From Eledone cirrhosa (lineage: Eukaryota), in the NCBI GenBank assembly GCA_964016885.1, contig OZ024741.1:365180001-365244000 (forward strand): a DNA stretch of 64,000 nt, in the 5' to 3' direction. The notes beneath the pieces are model-generated. The model saw only the letters and a list, made by a program, of their open reading frames with translations. It ran no database searches and had not been told where the DNA came from. The translations under genes were made by a program, and so were the position numbers. Numbering within the stretch: position 1 is the first letter of the stretch; every line of letters begins with the position of its first letter. Positions 13,581-26,829 of this stretch are shown one piece after another.

Positions 13581-14700
13581 GTATGTTTGTGTGTGTGCTT
13601 CTTGTACCAAGAGAACAAAATTGCTTTTAGGGACTGCAGATAAAAGTAAGGATAAAATATAAATATCAATAAAAATAAAAAATATAGATATAAAACAACT
13701 TTTATCTATTTACTTACAGGTAAATCTTTCTTTATCTTATTTGTGTTTCACAAATATAATTTGTATTATTCCCAGAATAATTGATTAATATTTATTTCTT
13801 CATCGAGCAAAATTGGTATCTGTTGGACTCCTTCATATGAATGTCTATACTAATGTATAAATGTGCATATCTTCGGTATAATTTTTAATTACATCCTTAC
13901 GGTGGAGTAAAGAATTTGGCCGAATCGAACTTGACATTGTCCACATACATCTGCCCTCTATGGGACTTCAATCAAATTATCGGTGGTAGCGGACCACTCA
14001 GTTGAATTCTTTCTTGTTTGAAAATGTTCGATGATGATTTCAAAGCTCAAAATGCTGAGTTTTGTTTAATGAAGCTGCAGTAGGAACGCGCTGAATAAAT
14101 AGATAAATAGTTTTTAATCTTATTTGCATTTCCCAAACATAATTTATATAATGCTTCAGAGCATAATATAATTCCTTAATCGAGTAAATTTTGTATCTAT
14201 TGGACTCCCTCATATGTATGTCTATACTGGTGTATATATGTATATATATATATAAGATACTTATAATAAGAAAACTCGATGGAGTTTCGTTTACATGTTT
14301 CTATTGAATCCCGATCTGTTACGCACGTTTCACTGATGATTGAATTTAGGTCACCTATGCAAGCTATGGACCCGACTGGTAGCTGGAAATAATGGTGTTT
14401 TTAATTAGCATAGATCTGCTACAAGAAATCGTTAAACGCTATATAAGCTCCTTTCCATTGCTAACTGCTGGAATCACAGTATATGGGGAAACATAACTCT
14501 TGGCTTTATATTATATTATAGAAGGGTTTACATAATAAGTGGTCAACTATGTGTTGTCGTTGATATAAATATTTTAGATACATAAAGTATTGAACTGATT
14601 TTATTTTAATTTATTTTATCGCTTAACCCACCGCGTTGGGTTTACAAACGTTTAGAATGACACCCGATATATATATTTATATATATATAATATTAATGTT

Positions 14701-15067
14701 AATAGTTTCTGATTTGGGCACAAGGTCAGCAATTTAGGGCGGGGAGTCGATCAAATCGACCCCAGTCCATGACTGGTACTTTATTGTATCGTCGGCGTAA
14801 GAAAGAATTGCAAAACTAACATCGGTGGGATTTGAACATAATGGGCCATAGATCTATGTTGCAAAGCATGGTGTCCAACGTTCTACCGATAGTGCCAATC
14901 AATAATAATAATAATAATTGTTTCTACTTTTGTCACAAGGCCAGCAATTACCCAGAACATTACTGGTACTTTATTTTATCGACCCCGTAAGGATGAAAGG
15001 CAAAGTTAACCTCGGCGGGATTTGAACTCAGAATGGAAAGGGCCGTAACTCTATGCGTCAAAGCATG
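14701..15067 (-). mobile_element. Tandem pair of tRNA-headed SINEs (family A, Meta-like core)
   Basis: Reverse strand: A box tggcactatcgg, B box GTTCAAATCC, core gcctttcatccttacggggtcgataaaataaagtaccag; second copy cut by the Tx1 3' end. Confidence 0.85.
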
Positions 15068-18000
15068 CTTTCTTTATTAACCACAAGAGATTACACAAAG
15101 TAAAACATTAAGGACAATACAGGACAATGCAGGACAATGCAGGACAATACAGGACGGTACAAATGGGCATTTCTGCGTGTAAAAGATAAAAACAGAGGAT
15201 GTAACAAAAAGAGAAACTATGAAAAATTACCCAATAGATGGGACAATTCAGAGGGACATTCGTGGATAAAGCCAATTAAAGAAGCCACTGTGACCCTGAT
15301 AACCAGGGCAAGTGCCCTCTCCCAGTTTTCCACCTTCAATGTTCAGGCGCATACTCGTACCATGCTTGCGTCTTCACCTATCTTTCAACAAATTGCTGGG
15401 AAGAGAGCACTTTCCTCTCCACTCTGATTTTCCTTTTCGAATGAAATTTGAAAAAAGTTAATCAGGGCACCACCGCAGAGGTAAGTGCTCGTCTTCACTC
15501 CTTTCAGAAACGTCCAACATACTGTCTCTTTCGCCATGGCCACAAGACAGATACAATCTTCCTGCCATTCCCGGCTAAAGGGAGAGGGCGGAGCAATATT
15601 CACGATGGACTCAGCTGATAGCCGGATCCGTCCTACACCCGACAGCAGGTGTTCGACATAAACCCACAAGTCAGCAATGCTCCGACACTGGACGAGTGCG
15701 TGTAGGACGTTTCGTCGCCGCACGCGCATCTCGGATATGCCCGGCTGACGGCACTTCCATGCCTGTAGAGTTTATCCCAAACTGGCAAAGCTCCTCGGTA
15801 GCACTGCCAGGCCAGGGATTTCTGGAAATTGACCATAGGCCCCGGCCCGAAAGTTCTCCCGAATAGATTGGCTAGTTGATTTTCGTCGACGCCCAGAGTC
15901 TCCCCAAGTACGTCGTCGCTCTTCTCATCCACTAATCCTCTATAGAACGCCGTGGTGGAATTTCCACCGATCGCATTGCCCGACTGGTCAAAGGCTGTGA
16001 GCGCCTATAGAGATTCCAGTCTCCAAGGGCTCCCTCTCAGTCTTCGCTTAACCCAGGGCTGCAGCTCTGTCTAGGAGACGAGCTGGGGAAACACGCGTCT
16101 AGCAAACGGCGACCACCTCTGATCACCTTCGAGGAAGAGGTGGAGATGTCGTAGCCTGAGCGCGCGTCTGCGCATCATCAGCCACGGCATACCCAGCGAT
16201 CCACGTAGCGGGTGTTGACAGCAGAAGGACTCCCTGGCCATCGGAGCGCGTCCCTTCCTCAAAAAGCGAAAGAGCAAACGTTCCAGCGCCGTCAGGCGAG
16301 GCTTAGGACAAGACACGATGGTCAGGCGGTAATAGATGACGGACGCGATGTACGCATTCGCCGCCTCTTCTCGAACTTTCAGGGATAGCTTCCTCTCTGC
16401 ACATTTCTGGGTGAGAGAAGCCACCCTGCTCGTCACCTCGTCCCAGATTTTGTCCGTCTGTAGATCTGGACCGAACCAGACCCCAGCAATTTAACAGGTC
16501 CGTCCGTCCAGCGCCCGACGACGCTGTTCGATGGCATGGACCTGCCTCTGCAGGTGCCGAGTTACAGGCCCACCGACCTTTCCTGGTTGATCATTGCTCC
16601 TGTCACCGCCTCGTATTCTCTTGGTGTAGTGCCGATCGCCTCGATGTGTTTGGCGTTCGACATCACTACGCTGACACCATCTGTATATGTTTACACGGAT
16701 CTTCCGCATCCCAGTTCGCGCGGGACCCTCCTCAACGCATCCAGTTTGTGCAGTAATGGCTCGAGAGTCAATACGTACAACAGGGACGAGAAGGGACATC
16801 CTTGACAGACCGAGCGCATGATGTTGAACGGTTCCGAAAGGTGACCGTTTACTCTCACCACAGAGCAGATGTCGCTGTGCATAGCAGCGATCCAGCCTCT
16901 GAAGACGGGCCCTAAGCCCGCCGCCCTCAGGACTGCCGCCAGGTAACGATGGTCGACCCTATCGAAAGCTTTCGACTTATCTAAATTGATCAAGGACTCA
17001 CCCGTGCCAGGTTCCCTAGCTACCCTCCCCACGATGTATCGCATGAGGTGGAGGTCGTCGTGGATGGATCTGTCTGGGATGGCGCATGTCTGCGCCTCTC
17101 CCACCAGACCACCAACGACAAGCGCCAACCTCTTTGCTAGCACCTTGGCCAAAATCTTGAACTCTGTGTTTAGCAGAGTTATGGGCCTGAAATTTTCTGT
17201 TATCCTCTTTGTTCGGATCCTTTCTCAGCAGCGCCACCGCTCCTCGCCTCACAGAGCTGGGAATTCTCCCGTTCTGTTGCAAGTCGCAGTAGACGTCGGC
17301 CAAGAGGTCTACGAACAAGTCTGGCATGTGTACGTAAAGTTCGTAGGGCAGACCATCCTAACCAGGCAATTTACCCCTTGTGCAGCCAGTCATTGCCTCC
17401 CGTACTTCAGCGGCTGTTATCAGCTTTTCGCAACACTCCGCCTCAGTGGCCGAGAGCCGCGGCAGGCCGTCGAGGTAGGCACTAAAGTCCATCCCTCGAT
17501 CCGGCCCGCTTCTGCCCCCGAACAGCTGGGCGAAGTGTCGCTGAAAAGCTTCACACATTTTCCTGGGATCGAGTAGCATGCGCCAGTCGTGGTCCACCAA
17601 AGAACGGATCGTGGCTTTGTTGCCACGGCGCGCCTCCGCCACTCGGCCCCACTGAACGGCTGTCCGTCCCGTCGTGTCTGAGAGCACGCACCCTAGCTCT
17701 GACAACGCAGCCTTAGTGCTTTGCATTGAAGAATTGGTCGAGGACCAATTTCGCCGCAAGAACGTCGGTAGCGAAGCTTTTACTAAGTGCCTCGTCTAAT
17801 TTTTAAACTAGTTCTCCTACTGCTCTATTTTTCTCTATTGATAACGCCTTACTAAATCTAATGGACTCTATTCTAATCGCTCTTTTCAGAGCAAACCCCC
17901 ATTTGTTGTTGACGATGGCCCTCGTCAACGCCCACCTAACCAGTTCGCTAATCCGGTCTCTGTAGGCCTTGCGTTCTGTTAGCGACGGGTTTAGCTTCCA

Positions 18001-18870
18001 GTAGCCGGGTCCCTGTCTATGTAGCCTATGTAAGTCAACCTCACAGATCACGAATTTGTGGTGCGTGTAGTCGACTATCTTGAAATGTGGACAGCCTATG
18101 TTAGACGTATCTATTTCCCTACAAAATACCCCATCTAGATATGATCTGGATGACCCGATGCGGTTTGTCCATGTCCACATTGGCAAATTCGGGAAATCCA
18201 GACGGTACATGTCAGACAGTTGAAACCGTCTGAGCAGGTTTGCGAGGCTTTTACACCCACCTCCACTATCCGCCAATCCCACACAATCCCAGCGTGCATC
18301 AAAGATCCCGTTCCAGTTGCCCACTAACACTAAGGAGCGGGACGTTCCAAGAAAGGTCTCCAGACGCCGGAAGAAATCAGGCCACCCTGCTCCTGTCGGG
18401 GTATAGTCGGTCACTAGCCTGAAAGCTTGGCCGTCTCCGCTGGTCACGTTCAGCATCACCAACTTACCTTCTGCCTCTCCGAAAAAGTACAGCAACTCCT
18501 CCACACGATCCTGGACAGCTGGGAGATGCGTATACATCTTAGCCGCCGAAGATCGGTGCGAAGGCTCGTGCTTCGGAGATTCTGGTCTCGCTGATGGCCA
18601 CCACATCGATGTTTAGTGACCTGAGGTCGTTGAGCAGGTGGCCCTGCTAACATGCCGACCCCTGACTACGCGCGTTTATGCTGCCTATTCTGAGTAAGAT
18701 CATGCTGAAAAGGAGTGGAAAAGATGGGAAATCCCACTTACCTCACTTCTTGTGGGGGAAGGATGGTTTTTCCGCCCTTCTCACTGCTTGTGGCCCCCTC
18801 CGGAAGGATGTCTTTATAAATCCTCCTGGAGAGTGTTTGTCGGAAGTGTCCGATGTCCTTAAGGAATTTT
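15068..18870 (-). mobile_element. Tx1/L1-clade non-LTR retrotransposon, 5'-truncated and decayed
   Basis: APE endonuclease (SRSYLD, GPGYWKLN), RT (DKSKAFDRVDH, QGCPFS) and C-terminal Cys/His region; 3' end aataaagaaag; homologous to the two plus-strand copies. Confidence 0.9.
15330..18703 (-). pseudogene. Tx1 ORF2 (EN-RT), multiple frameshifts and stops
   Basis: ORF fragments 17803-18606, 17358-17759, 16691-17152, 16071-16436, 15633-15932, 15385-15729; start MILLRIGSINAR at ~18703. Confidence 0.85.
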
Positions 18871-19879
18871 AATTTCATATATATATATATATATATTGAG
18901 AGAATCGATTTTACTGAAAATATCGAATAATGTACACCATTTTACCAGAAATAAATACTGGTCCCCCCCCCACCCTCCCCACCCACACACACATTCTCTC
19001 ACACACACACACAGATATATACACACACACATACACACGCGTAATTAACATACAAAGAGACATACACACACACACACACACACATACACACACACACACA
19101 CACACTTCTCCGTATAAGACAAGAGCTGAAAAATATCTTTTAACATGTTAAAATATCCCCCACACACTTACAGACACATTCTTACTGACCATCCTCTACC
19201 ACGAATTACTCTGCTACACACACACACACTTGTCTTAGGCATTTGCACTGTCAACAGGCTGCGGTTCGCACACACATCCCTGCTGACCATTATCACAACA
19301 ACGAACCTCTTTACTACTACTACACACACACACATATTTGTTGTGAAAGACTTATTTCTCAGTCAGCCGACACAAACCTACATTTGGCGCAAAATCAATT
19401 TTTTACATTCACATGACCTATACCGACCAATCAAAATTGTTTTGACCACAATAATTTTTGCAACACGAATTGGCGCAAAACTTATTTTAATACCGCTGGA
19501 GCCACATTTTTAACATAAAAACATGTAGAATTCCCCAAACTAATCAGATCAGAGCAAACATCACGGACGCTCTATCTCAAAATTATTTTTGAAAAGCATT
19601 AGAAATGCGCAACCGGTAAAACTTAAAACCAAAACTGAATACTAACCAATACTATTACCAATTCTCACTTATTCCTAATTAAACTATTTTTCAGCATGTG
19701 AACAATTTGTCAGCATTTTCTATTCTGTTTACCAATATATATAGGCAGACATACAGACATATATTATAAGGGCGCAATGCTATATTTATGTATCTATTTA
19801 AAAAGAAAGATTAAGAATTATAGAGAGAGTCGCTAAATCGCCTAATGTGGTGCCTAAGACATAGAAAATTTGAATTATT

Positions 19880-20008
19880 CTTTGCTCAAAACACTCACAG
19901 GACCATAAGTATTACATGTGTAAAGTTTGAAAACAATCGGTTTGGTGGTTCTCGAGTTTTAGGGAGTCAGGCAGACAGACATACATTCTCTATTTTAGAT
20001 ATATAGAT
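19880..20008 (+). mobile_element. Possible end of a non-autonomous Helitron/Helentron-like element
   Basis: aaagtttgaaaacaatcgg...cagacagacatacattctctattttagatatatagat resembles DINE/HINE-like termini (recall only). Confidence 0.3.
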
Positions 20009-20390
20009 AATAATTGTTTCTATTTTAGGCACAAGGCCAGCAAATAACCAGTACATTACTGGTACTTTATTTTATCGACCCCATAAGGATGAAAGGCAAA
20101 GTTAACCTCGGCGGGATTTGAACTCAGATCATAAAGGCCTGTAACTCTATGCTGTAAAGCATGGTGTCCGACTCTCTACCGATACTGCCAATCCACCACC
20201 CTTGATGTACATTAATAATTATTTCTACTTTTGGCACAAGGCCAGCAATTAATCCAGTGCATTACTGGTACTTTATTTTATCGACCTCGTAAGGATAAAA
20301 GGCAAAGTTAACCTCAGCGGGATTTGAACTCAGAAGGTAAAGGGCCACGACTATATACTCCAAAGTATGGTGTCTGACGCTCTTCCGATA
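20009..20390 (-). mobile_element. Tandem pair of family A SINEs
   Basis: Two copies, 20009-20200 and 20214-20390, with A/B boxes and core. Confidence 0.85.
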
Positions 20391-20610
20391 ATAATAATAA
20401 CAACTTTTATAATGATAGCAACATTTTCTCGGTAGTTTAATAAAGAATGACTCAGGTAAATAGACTTTAATGACGAAGCAAATGGACTTCTTAATATAAA
20501 AGTTAAGATAGAAGAAATAATAATCTCAATTGTAAGCACACACACGCACATACACACACAGATATGTATGTGTATATATGTATATACACACACACATATA
20601 TACATACATG

Positions 20611-20680
<70 letters not shown>

Positions 20681-20705
20681 GTGTGTGTACCTCTCGCTGT
20701 CTCTC

Positions 20706-20791
<86 letters not shown>

Positions 20792-21559
20792 TATATAAAG
20801 CTTGCAACTAATCCCCGATAATCAAAGATTTATCTATAATTCCCTGTCTCTGAAATAAACTAAGAAGATATGGTATAAACGGAATCCGAAAACTCGAGTG
20901 ATGTACTTCACCGGCATCAAATATTCAATAGAAAGTTTCAAAGGAAATCTGAATCAGTTGAATTAGTATGAGGATTGTAGCATCTAATATTTTGATACCT
21001 TTGTCTGAAAGGTAAATGAAATAGAATATGGGATGTCACTTAGGAATTTTGATGGCATTTACTTGTATACATATCAAGCGACAAAATCAAATTGTGTCTG
21101 GTTTTCAGTTTAGGAGAAAGGCAACCGCACGATGACGCGAGATACCCAATTCACTAAAATAAATGCACTTATCGTACTCAACAGCACGCCGTTAATATCA
21201 TATTATGCGAGTGATTTTTCATCTTTATTTCCTCTTGGTCCATATAGAATATTCGCTGATGAAGTTGAAGAGATTTGACCCTATAGGGTCACAAGCTCTG
21301 TGTCGAGCCTGATCGAAGACTATATTCATCTCTGATATCAACCAGATCTTGGCGGTTCTGCATTACCTACGTCTGACATATATTCAAGAGAGCCGCACAC
21401 AGGTTTCTTTGTACGCATGCGTAGCATGTGGCAACTTCTGCTACCTTACGGTGATGGTACTCTATAAATATTTGATACGGTCAGGCCATGTAACTCTAAG
21501 AATGGTCCCAAGGCAACATCAGTGGAATACGTCTCCAGCTTCTACGTTTTTTTAACACA

Positions 21560-22150
21560 TTTTGGTAGGATAAGTCTTCATTGACACAACGATTAAGATA
21601 CACATGTAGAGTATTCGTGTCTTGGATAATGGAGGATTTAAATAATACAGACGTGTAAAACTATTAATAGCTGCCAAAGACATTATCTTCAATTTGGCCA
21701 ACTTAACAATTTAGAGAATAACGAGAAAACTAACAACGTAGATTTTCTTTTTGTTTAAAGATGGTGTATTTGTTTCAAAGCATTGTTCTTGTCATATGAG
21801 TATACTTTTAAAATGAGCAACTATAAATAGTCGTGCTTATCTGAAACGTTTGAATGACAAATTGGAAATGCATATACAAAATATCCAAGCAATATATTCA
21901 TGTATAATGGTACTCTATGTTTAAGGGCCAAGATTGTGGAAGGATACTTCCAAACATTCATAATCCCAATACAAGAATGGCCTAGAATTATCTCTGTATT
22001 CAATTCCATTTGAAATTCGTGTGAATACATGAAGAACAAGGTTGCAGATAAATAACCACCAAACGCAAAAGCCATAGTTGAGTTTATTAAGGATTAAAGA
22101 ACATTCACAGGAATAATGTCAGGCCCTTACATCCACCATGTCACGCCGAA
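21560..22150 (+). pseudogene. Decayed Tc1-like transposase fragment
   Basis: Plus frame IFMYNGTLCLRAKIV...QEWPRIISVFNSI*NSCEYMKNKVADK*PPNAKAIVEFIK matches the Tc1 HDGAPCH...WPxxSPDLNPIEN pattern in degraded form. Confidence 0.55.
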
Positions 22151-22263
22151 ATCAAACGGAGATACAAAATACAAATTTATTTACTTATTTCATTTTAATA
22201 AATAAATAAAATAATAAATAAAAAGGGCGTAGACATTACAATACAACGGGGGGAAACAATAGC

Positions 22264-22305
22264 ATCACTGATGATGTCACAGATGTGTGACGAAAGAACT
22301 TTGAT
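22264..22305 (+). ncRNA. Minimal hammerhead ribozyme
   Basis: atca-CTGATGA-t-gtcaca-gatg-tgtgac-GAAAG-aa-CTT-tgat; helix I atca/tgat and a perfect 6-bp helix II. Confidence 0.65.
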
Positions 22306-22416
22306 CGACGATATATATATATATAGTGGTATAACACTGGAAGGTAATATCCGTAATGGTAGAGCACTCAGTCCATGGGACGAGTTAGGTAGAAGTGGTT
22401 ACACAACAGTTAGTTC

Positions 22417-22475
<59 letters not shown>

Positions 22476-22477
<2 letters not shown>

Positions 22478-23518
22478 CAGCAAAATAGAAAGATCAATTT
22501 TATGTAGGCATAAAATAGCTACCAGATTCACAAACTTCAAACCACCATGATTTGAACCACCAATCCCAAAATTAGAACTGAACCACCTAGATTTTAGCAT
22601 ATAAAATACACACCATCGCACTGCTATTAGCTGTCAAACGGCCAACTGGTCACTGGATCATAAATCTCTGAACATCTCTTTCACCCTCTGTCCCTGAAAC
22701 AGCATCAACCCCATTAAGATAGAACAATCAGCAAAACATTTACAGCAAACGTTTGTCAAACTTCCCTTCACCCCTAGCCCATAAATCTCATACAAGTATC
22801 CCTCAATTAATCTCTAATTTATTGTTTTTTCTTTTATCTGTCACTGCATCAGACCCTCTACACGTATCTATGTACATCTCAAATTTGGTTTACATGTTAG
22901 CACTAAACCCACCAAGGAATCCTCAAAAGAACACTTATTCACAACTTACTACAAACATAATCTGTACATACATGCTCTCACCTATCCATATTTCTTTCTT
23001 TATATTTTCCATTCTCTCATTTTCTTACTTTTTTAATGTACCCAATCTTATCTTTTACTTTTTACTTTTTACATCTGTAACTTCTCTACCTATTTACCAT
23101 ATATGTTTTATTATTGATTTTATTGTTTTGATTATACGCTATTTTTCTATATATGTCTTGTCTCGAGTGAATTATTTTTATATCTACGTGCTGTGATGTG
23201 TTGACCAGAGGTAAATAATGTATTGGAGATCGAGTGACCCAACTTCAAGCAATTAGCGAACTCTAGACTCACCTGATCAACGAAACAATTGTCAGTACTT
23301 TAAATAAAGCCCCTTATTGTACAGCCAACCATGTTACTATTCATTCTCTCACTATTATTACTCCAAGTATAACTTGCATAGAAATTACCGCGAACTCGCT
23401 GCATAACTATGGAAGCATTTTGTTGAGTCAAACAAAGCCGTACGTTAAAACTATCCACGACGCAGAGTACTCACAACCTTTAACTGGATTACCTATAACG
23501 ATAACTTGTTATCCCATA
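22476..23518 (+). mobile_element. PLE 3' fragment with pLTR
   Basis: cGAAAC-aatt-GTC at ~23281-23293 then AATAAA; 23325-23518 is inverted-homologous to 23781-23977; (TA)n at both ends. Confidence 0.55.
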
Positions 23519-23780
23519 TATATATATATATATTTATATCTGTATTTTTAACCGTTGGGCAATCAATCATAAACTTTGATTGCCAGATAAATTAACTATG
23601 GAGATATAAAAGATACTGAAGCGAAAACCAATCTAAACCAAACAATGAGTGTGTTTTATTATTATTTCTGGCAATATTATAACAGTATGACCCTCCCCAA
23701 ATATAATAATATTTGTTTGAACACACGATTTCATATCAAAAAACTTGCAAAGCATATATATATATATATGTATATATATA

Positions 23781-24486
23781 TGAGATAACAAATTATTGTT
23801 ATAGGTAATCCAGTTAGAGGTTGTGAATACTCCGTATTGTGGATATCTTTAGCGTACGGCGTTGTTTGACTCAACAAGAGGTTTCCTTGGGTAGCGTGTT
23901 TGTGAGTTCTCGGGAATTCCTATGCAAGTTAATCTTGGAGTACTAATAGTGAAAGAGTGAAGAATAACATGGTCAACAGTACAAATAACCTACAAACAAA
24001 CACCATAACACCAAATACAAAACACAAACACATAACAACATCACAACCACACACACGTGAGAAAGCATCACAACAAAACATCAACAAACCCAAATCTCAA
24101 CCCATACATAACAAGATACAAAACCGCATGGTTGAACCCGCACATAGGAAAGCCTCAAAATGTAGCTGTCACTTACCGGATAAGTGCCCACTACAAAATA
24201 GGTGCCTGGAGTCAAAAATAGTGTACCTGTGTACTATAAATTCAGGCAACTTAGCATGGCACTACATAGGTTCTGCGGCGTGGGAGTTAAAAGGAAGATG
24301 GTACGTCCACAGACACTCTATAAAGAACAGTACACTAATGAACACAACAACGCTCGCCAATAAAATCTGGCAGCTTAAAGAAACAAACCAAGAATACTGG
24401 ATTAGCTGGTCGAAATTGTCAGGGGCAAAGGCCTACAGAAATGAAATGTCCCACTGTGGACTTTGCAATATGGAGTTGCCCCATAT
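23781..24486 (+). mobile_element. PLE fragment: inverted pLTR plus GIY-YIG ORF remnant
   Basis: Inverted pLTR at 23781-23977, then ORF with GIY-YIG motifs. Confidence 0.75.
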
Positions 24487-24517
24487 TTTTGAAACAGTGA
24501 GTAAGTTGTTGGTGTAA
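23957..24517 (+). pseudogene. PLE GIY-YIG endonuclease fragment
   Basis: CSC..PDKCPL..RC..SKIVY...HYIGS....KGRWYVH..S...TTLA..IWQLK...CGLC..E. Confidence 0.8.
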
Positions 24518-24955
24518 TGCTAGCACAGTGGTCTGTATAACCAAAGATGTGGGTTCGACTCCCATGTACGTCAATACACATCTTTTTCCATTTCTCTGAG
24601 GGTTCTAAACCCCACTATGAGGCTAAAATTTCTTTAGTAAAAAAATAAGGTGAAAGCTTCTATTTTCTAATTTCAAACTTTCTTACTGTTTCAAAACATA
24701 CTTACATGTCATCATACTTGCTAAGAATGTAGCTTCTAATTTGAATGGAAGGAGAAGGATGATGTGTTGGTGTAATGGTAACACAGTGGTCTGTATAACC
24801 AAAGATGTGGGTTCGACTCCCATGTACGTCAATGCTCATCTATTTCCATTTCTCTGAGGGTTCGAAACCCCACTATCAGGCTAAAAATTCTTTAGTAAAA
24901 AAAATACGGTGAGAGCTTCTATTTTCTAATTTCAAACTTGCTCACTGTTTCAAAA
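24487..24955 (+). repeat. Partial tandem repeat (258-bp period) containing a tRNA-like gene, with a ~20-bp inverted terminal copy
   Basis: ggtgtaatg at 24511 and 24769; 24487-24507 ttttgaaacagtgagtaagtt is the reverse complement of the unit end. Confidence 0.85.
24761..24831 (+). tRNA. tRNA-Tyr(GTA)-like cloverleaf, probably a pseudogene or element head (5'-clipped copy at 24507-24572)
   Basis: Acceptor GATGTGT/GTACGTC (3 GU pairs), D arm GTGT/ACAC with AATGGTA loop, anticodon arm TGGT-CTGTATA-ACCA, T arm GTGGG-TTCGACT-CCCAT. Confidence 0.5.
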
Positions 24956-25235
24956 AAAGAAAAAAAAAAAAAATATATATATATATATATCCAGAGTCTT
25001 AATCGACGGAAAAAAACATCCCCAATTCCTGATTTTAGTTTAGCTGCAATGTTCAATAGAATCGTAATAAGATTGCAGTTTTAATTCATTTCCTTTTCGT
25101 TTCCTTCAGCAAACAAATAAATATATGTTGTTTCGTCTCTGATGTTTCCACCGACATTTTTAATTAAATCAATATGAATATTTTCAATATTCAATAGGAA
25201 TATTCTTGCATTATTCTTGTATTACAAGTATACAT

Positions 25236-25570
25236 GCGTGATGGCTCACGTGTTAGTGGTTAGGGAATTTACCTCAAGATCGAAAGGCTGTGAGTTCGAT
25301 TCCCGTGCAGGACAATCCGTTTTCTCCTTGAGCAAGACACTATATTTCCCTTTGCTTCAGAAGATTCAGCGGTCAAAAAAGAAAAAAAAAGTGTATTGCC
25401 TGTAATTCTTCGCAGGCCCAGCCTTGTCACACACAATGTAACGATGAATTTCCCTGAGAACTATGTAAAATAAACACGTGTCTGTGGAATGGTTAGACGC
25501 TCGCCCGTTAATTTCATGAACAGGCTGTTCGAACAACTGGGACACTCGTCGTTTGACCTGACGGAGTCTA
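25236..25570 (+). mobile_element. tRNA-derived SINE (family B head) plus conserved 3' domain
   Basis: ttagtggttagg...GAGTTCGATTCC, ccttgagcaagacac; 25415-25570 domain recurs at 36825-36985 (+), 26545-26720 (-) and 37665-37850 (-). Confidence 0.7.
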
Positions 25571-26829
25571 ACACACGCACAAACATACATGCATGCACAC
25601 ACACACAGAAACAGCCACACACACACACAGAGGCACAAACTTTCTTGTTCAAATGTTGTCTTGCATATATATAGGAATACATTACAGAAATGATTGCAAA
25701 GACGAACTTCATTCAGTTCGCTTTATTTTTCTTTAAATTTCTGCTCTGCCTTTTTGTATATTTGTGTGATTATTATTATTGCCTGGAGTTAATTACATTT
25801 TGAAATTAATTTTCAATTCCATATACGATTGAATTGATAGAGAAGGTGGCATTTAATTAATTGAATAAATTGTTTATAATCAATAGTTTTTCCTCTAAGA
25901 TTTCTCTGTCGATTTTTTTCTATGTCATTTTAAAATGTGATCAGCGTGTGTAAGAGATTTTATCATTTTCCTGATAAGACTTCTAGCTGTCTGGCCATTG
26001 AACCTAGGGAATATTCTCTCGTGGGATATGAGGTGATTATCTTTTTAAAATTATTATTAGTCACGGCATACATATATTCATAAATACATACATACAAATA
26101 TACACACCAGCGCTTCTGTTCATTTCTTTCGTCTCTAAGGGTAATTTATCCAATTTTAACAATTACAATTACAGTAATTAACTGTTATTACAGAGATTTT
26201 CAGCGTTTAGGTCGCTCACATTTTCAAATTTTCAAATGTCAGACTCTCCCAACGCTTTGTGAATTCATAATGCTTGTATTAAAACATACATAAATGCATG
26301 CATGAATACATACTTATGCACATATACATCATTCATACAAAGTCAAAGACAGGCCTATATACATACATTCATATATACTTACATACCTACACAAGTTCAT
26401 GGATTCATACATAAGGGATATATATAAGGGATATATATACAGAAGGGGTATATATACATACATACTTATTTGCTTACATACGTACATTCACGCAGACATC
26501 CATACACGTATACATATACCTTATTCATACATGGAATTGAATGGATCTCTGTCAGTTTCGACGATGATTGTTCCAGTTGTTTGGTTTACGGAACAGACTG
26601 TTGGAGAAATTAGCGCGTATATGGCAGAGCACTTCACATACCTATGTACTCTGAGCATTTATCCTCATGGAGATTTAACACGGCATAGTTCGTGACAAAC
26701 TTGATCCTTTGAATTACAAGAACAGTCTATTCGAAGTGCGTCAAAGAATATTCATCGAAAATTCCAGTCACAAAGCTTGGCTTGAGACGAAACAATGGTA
26801 ATTGAGATTTACATAATGGGTTCAAATCC

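Noticed and set aside
21821-22075. Hydrophobic 84-aa minus-strand ORF as a host membrane-protein exon
   Set aside because: It is the antisense of a decayed Tc1 transposase frame
24852-24880. ctgaggg-ttc-gaaac as a hammerhead
   Set aside because: Lacks the final A of CUGANGA, helix II and a proper UH triplet; better read as a T-arm-like hairpin
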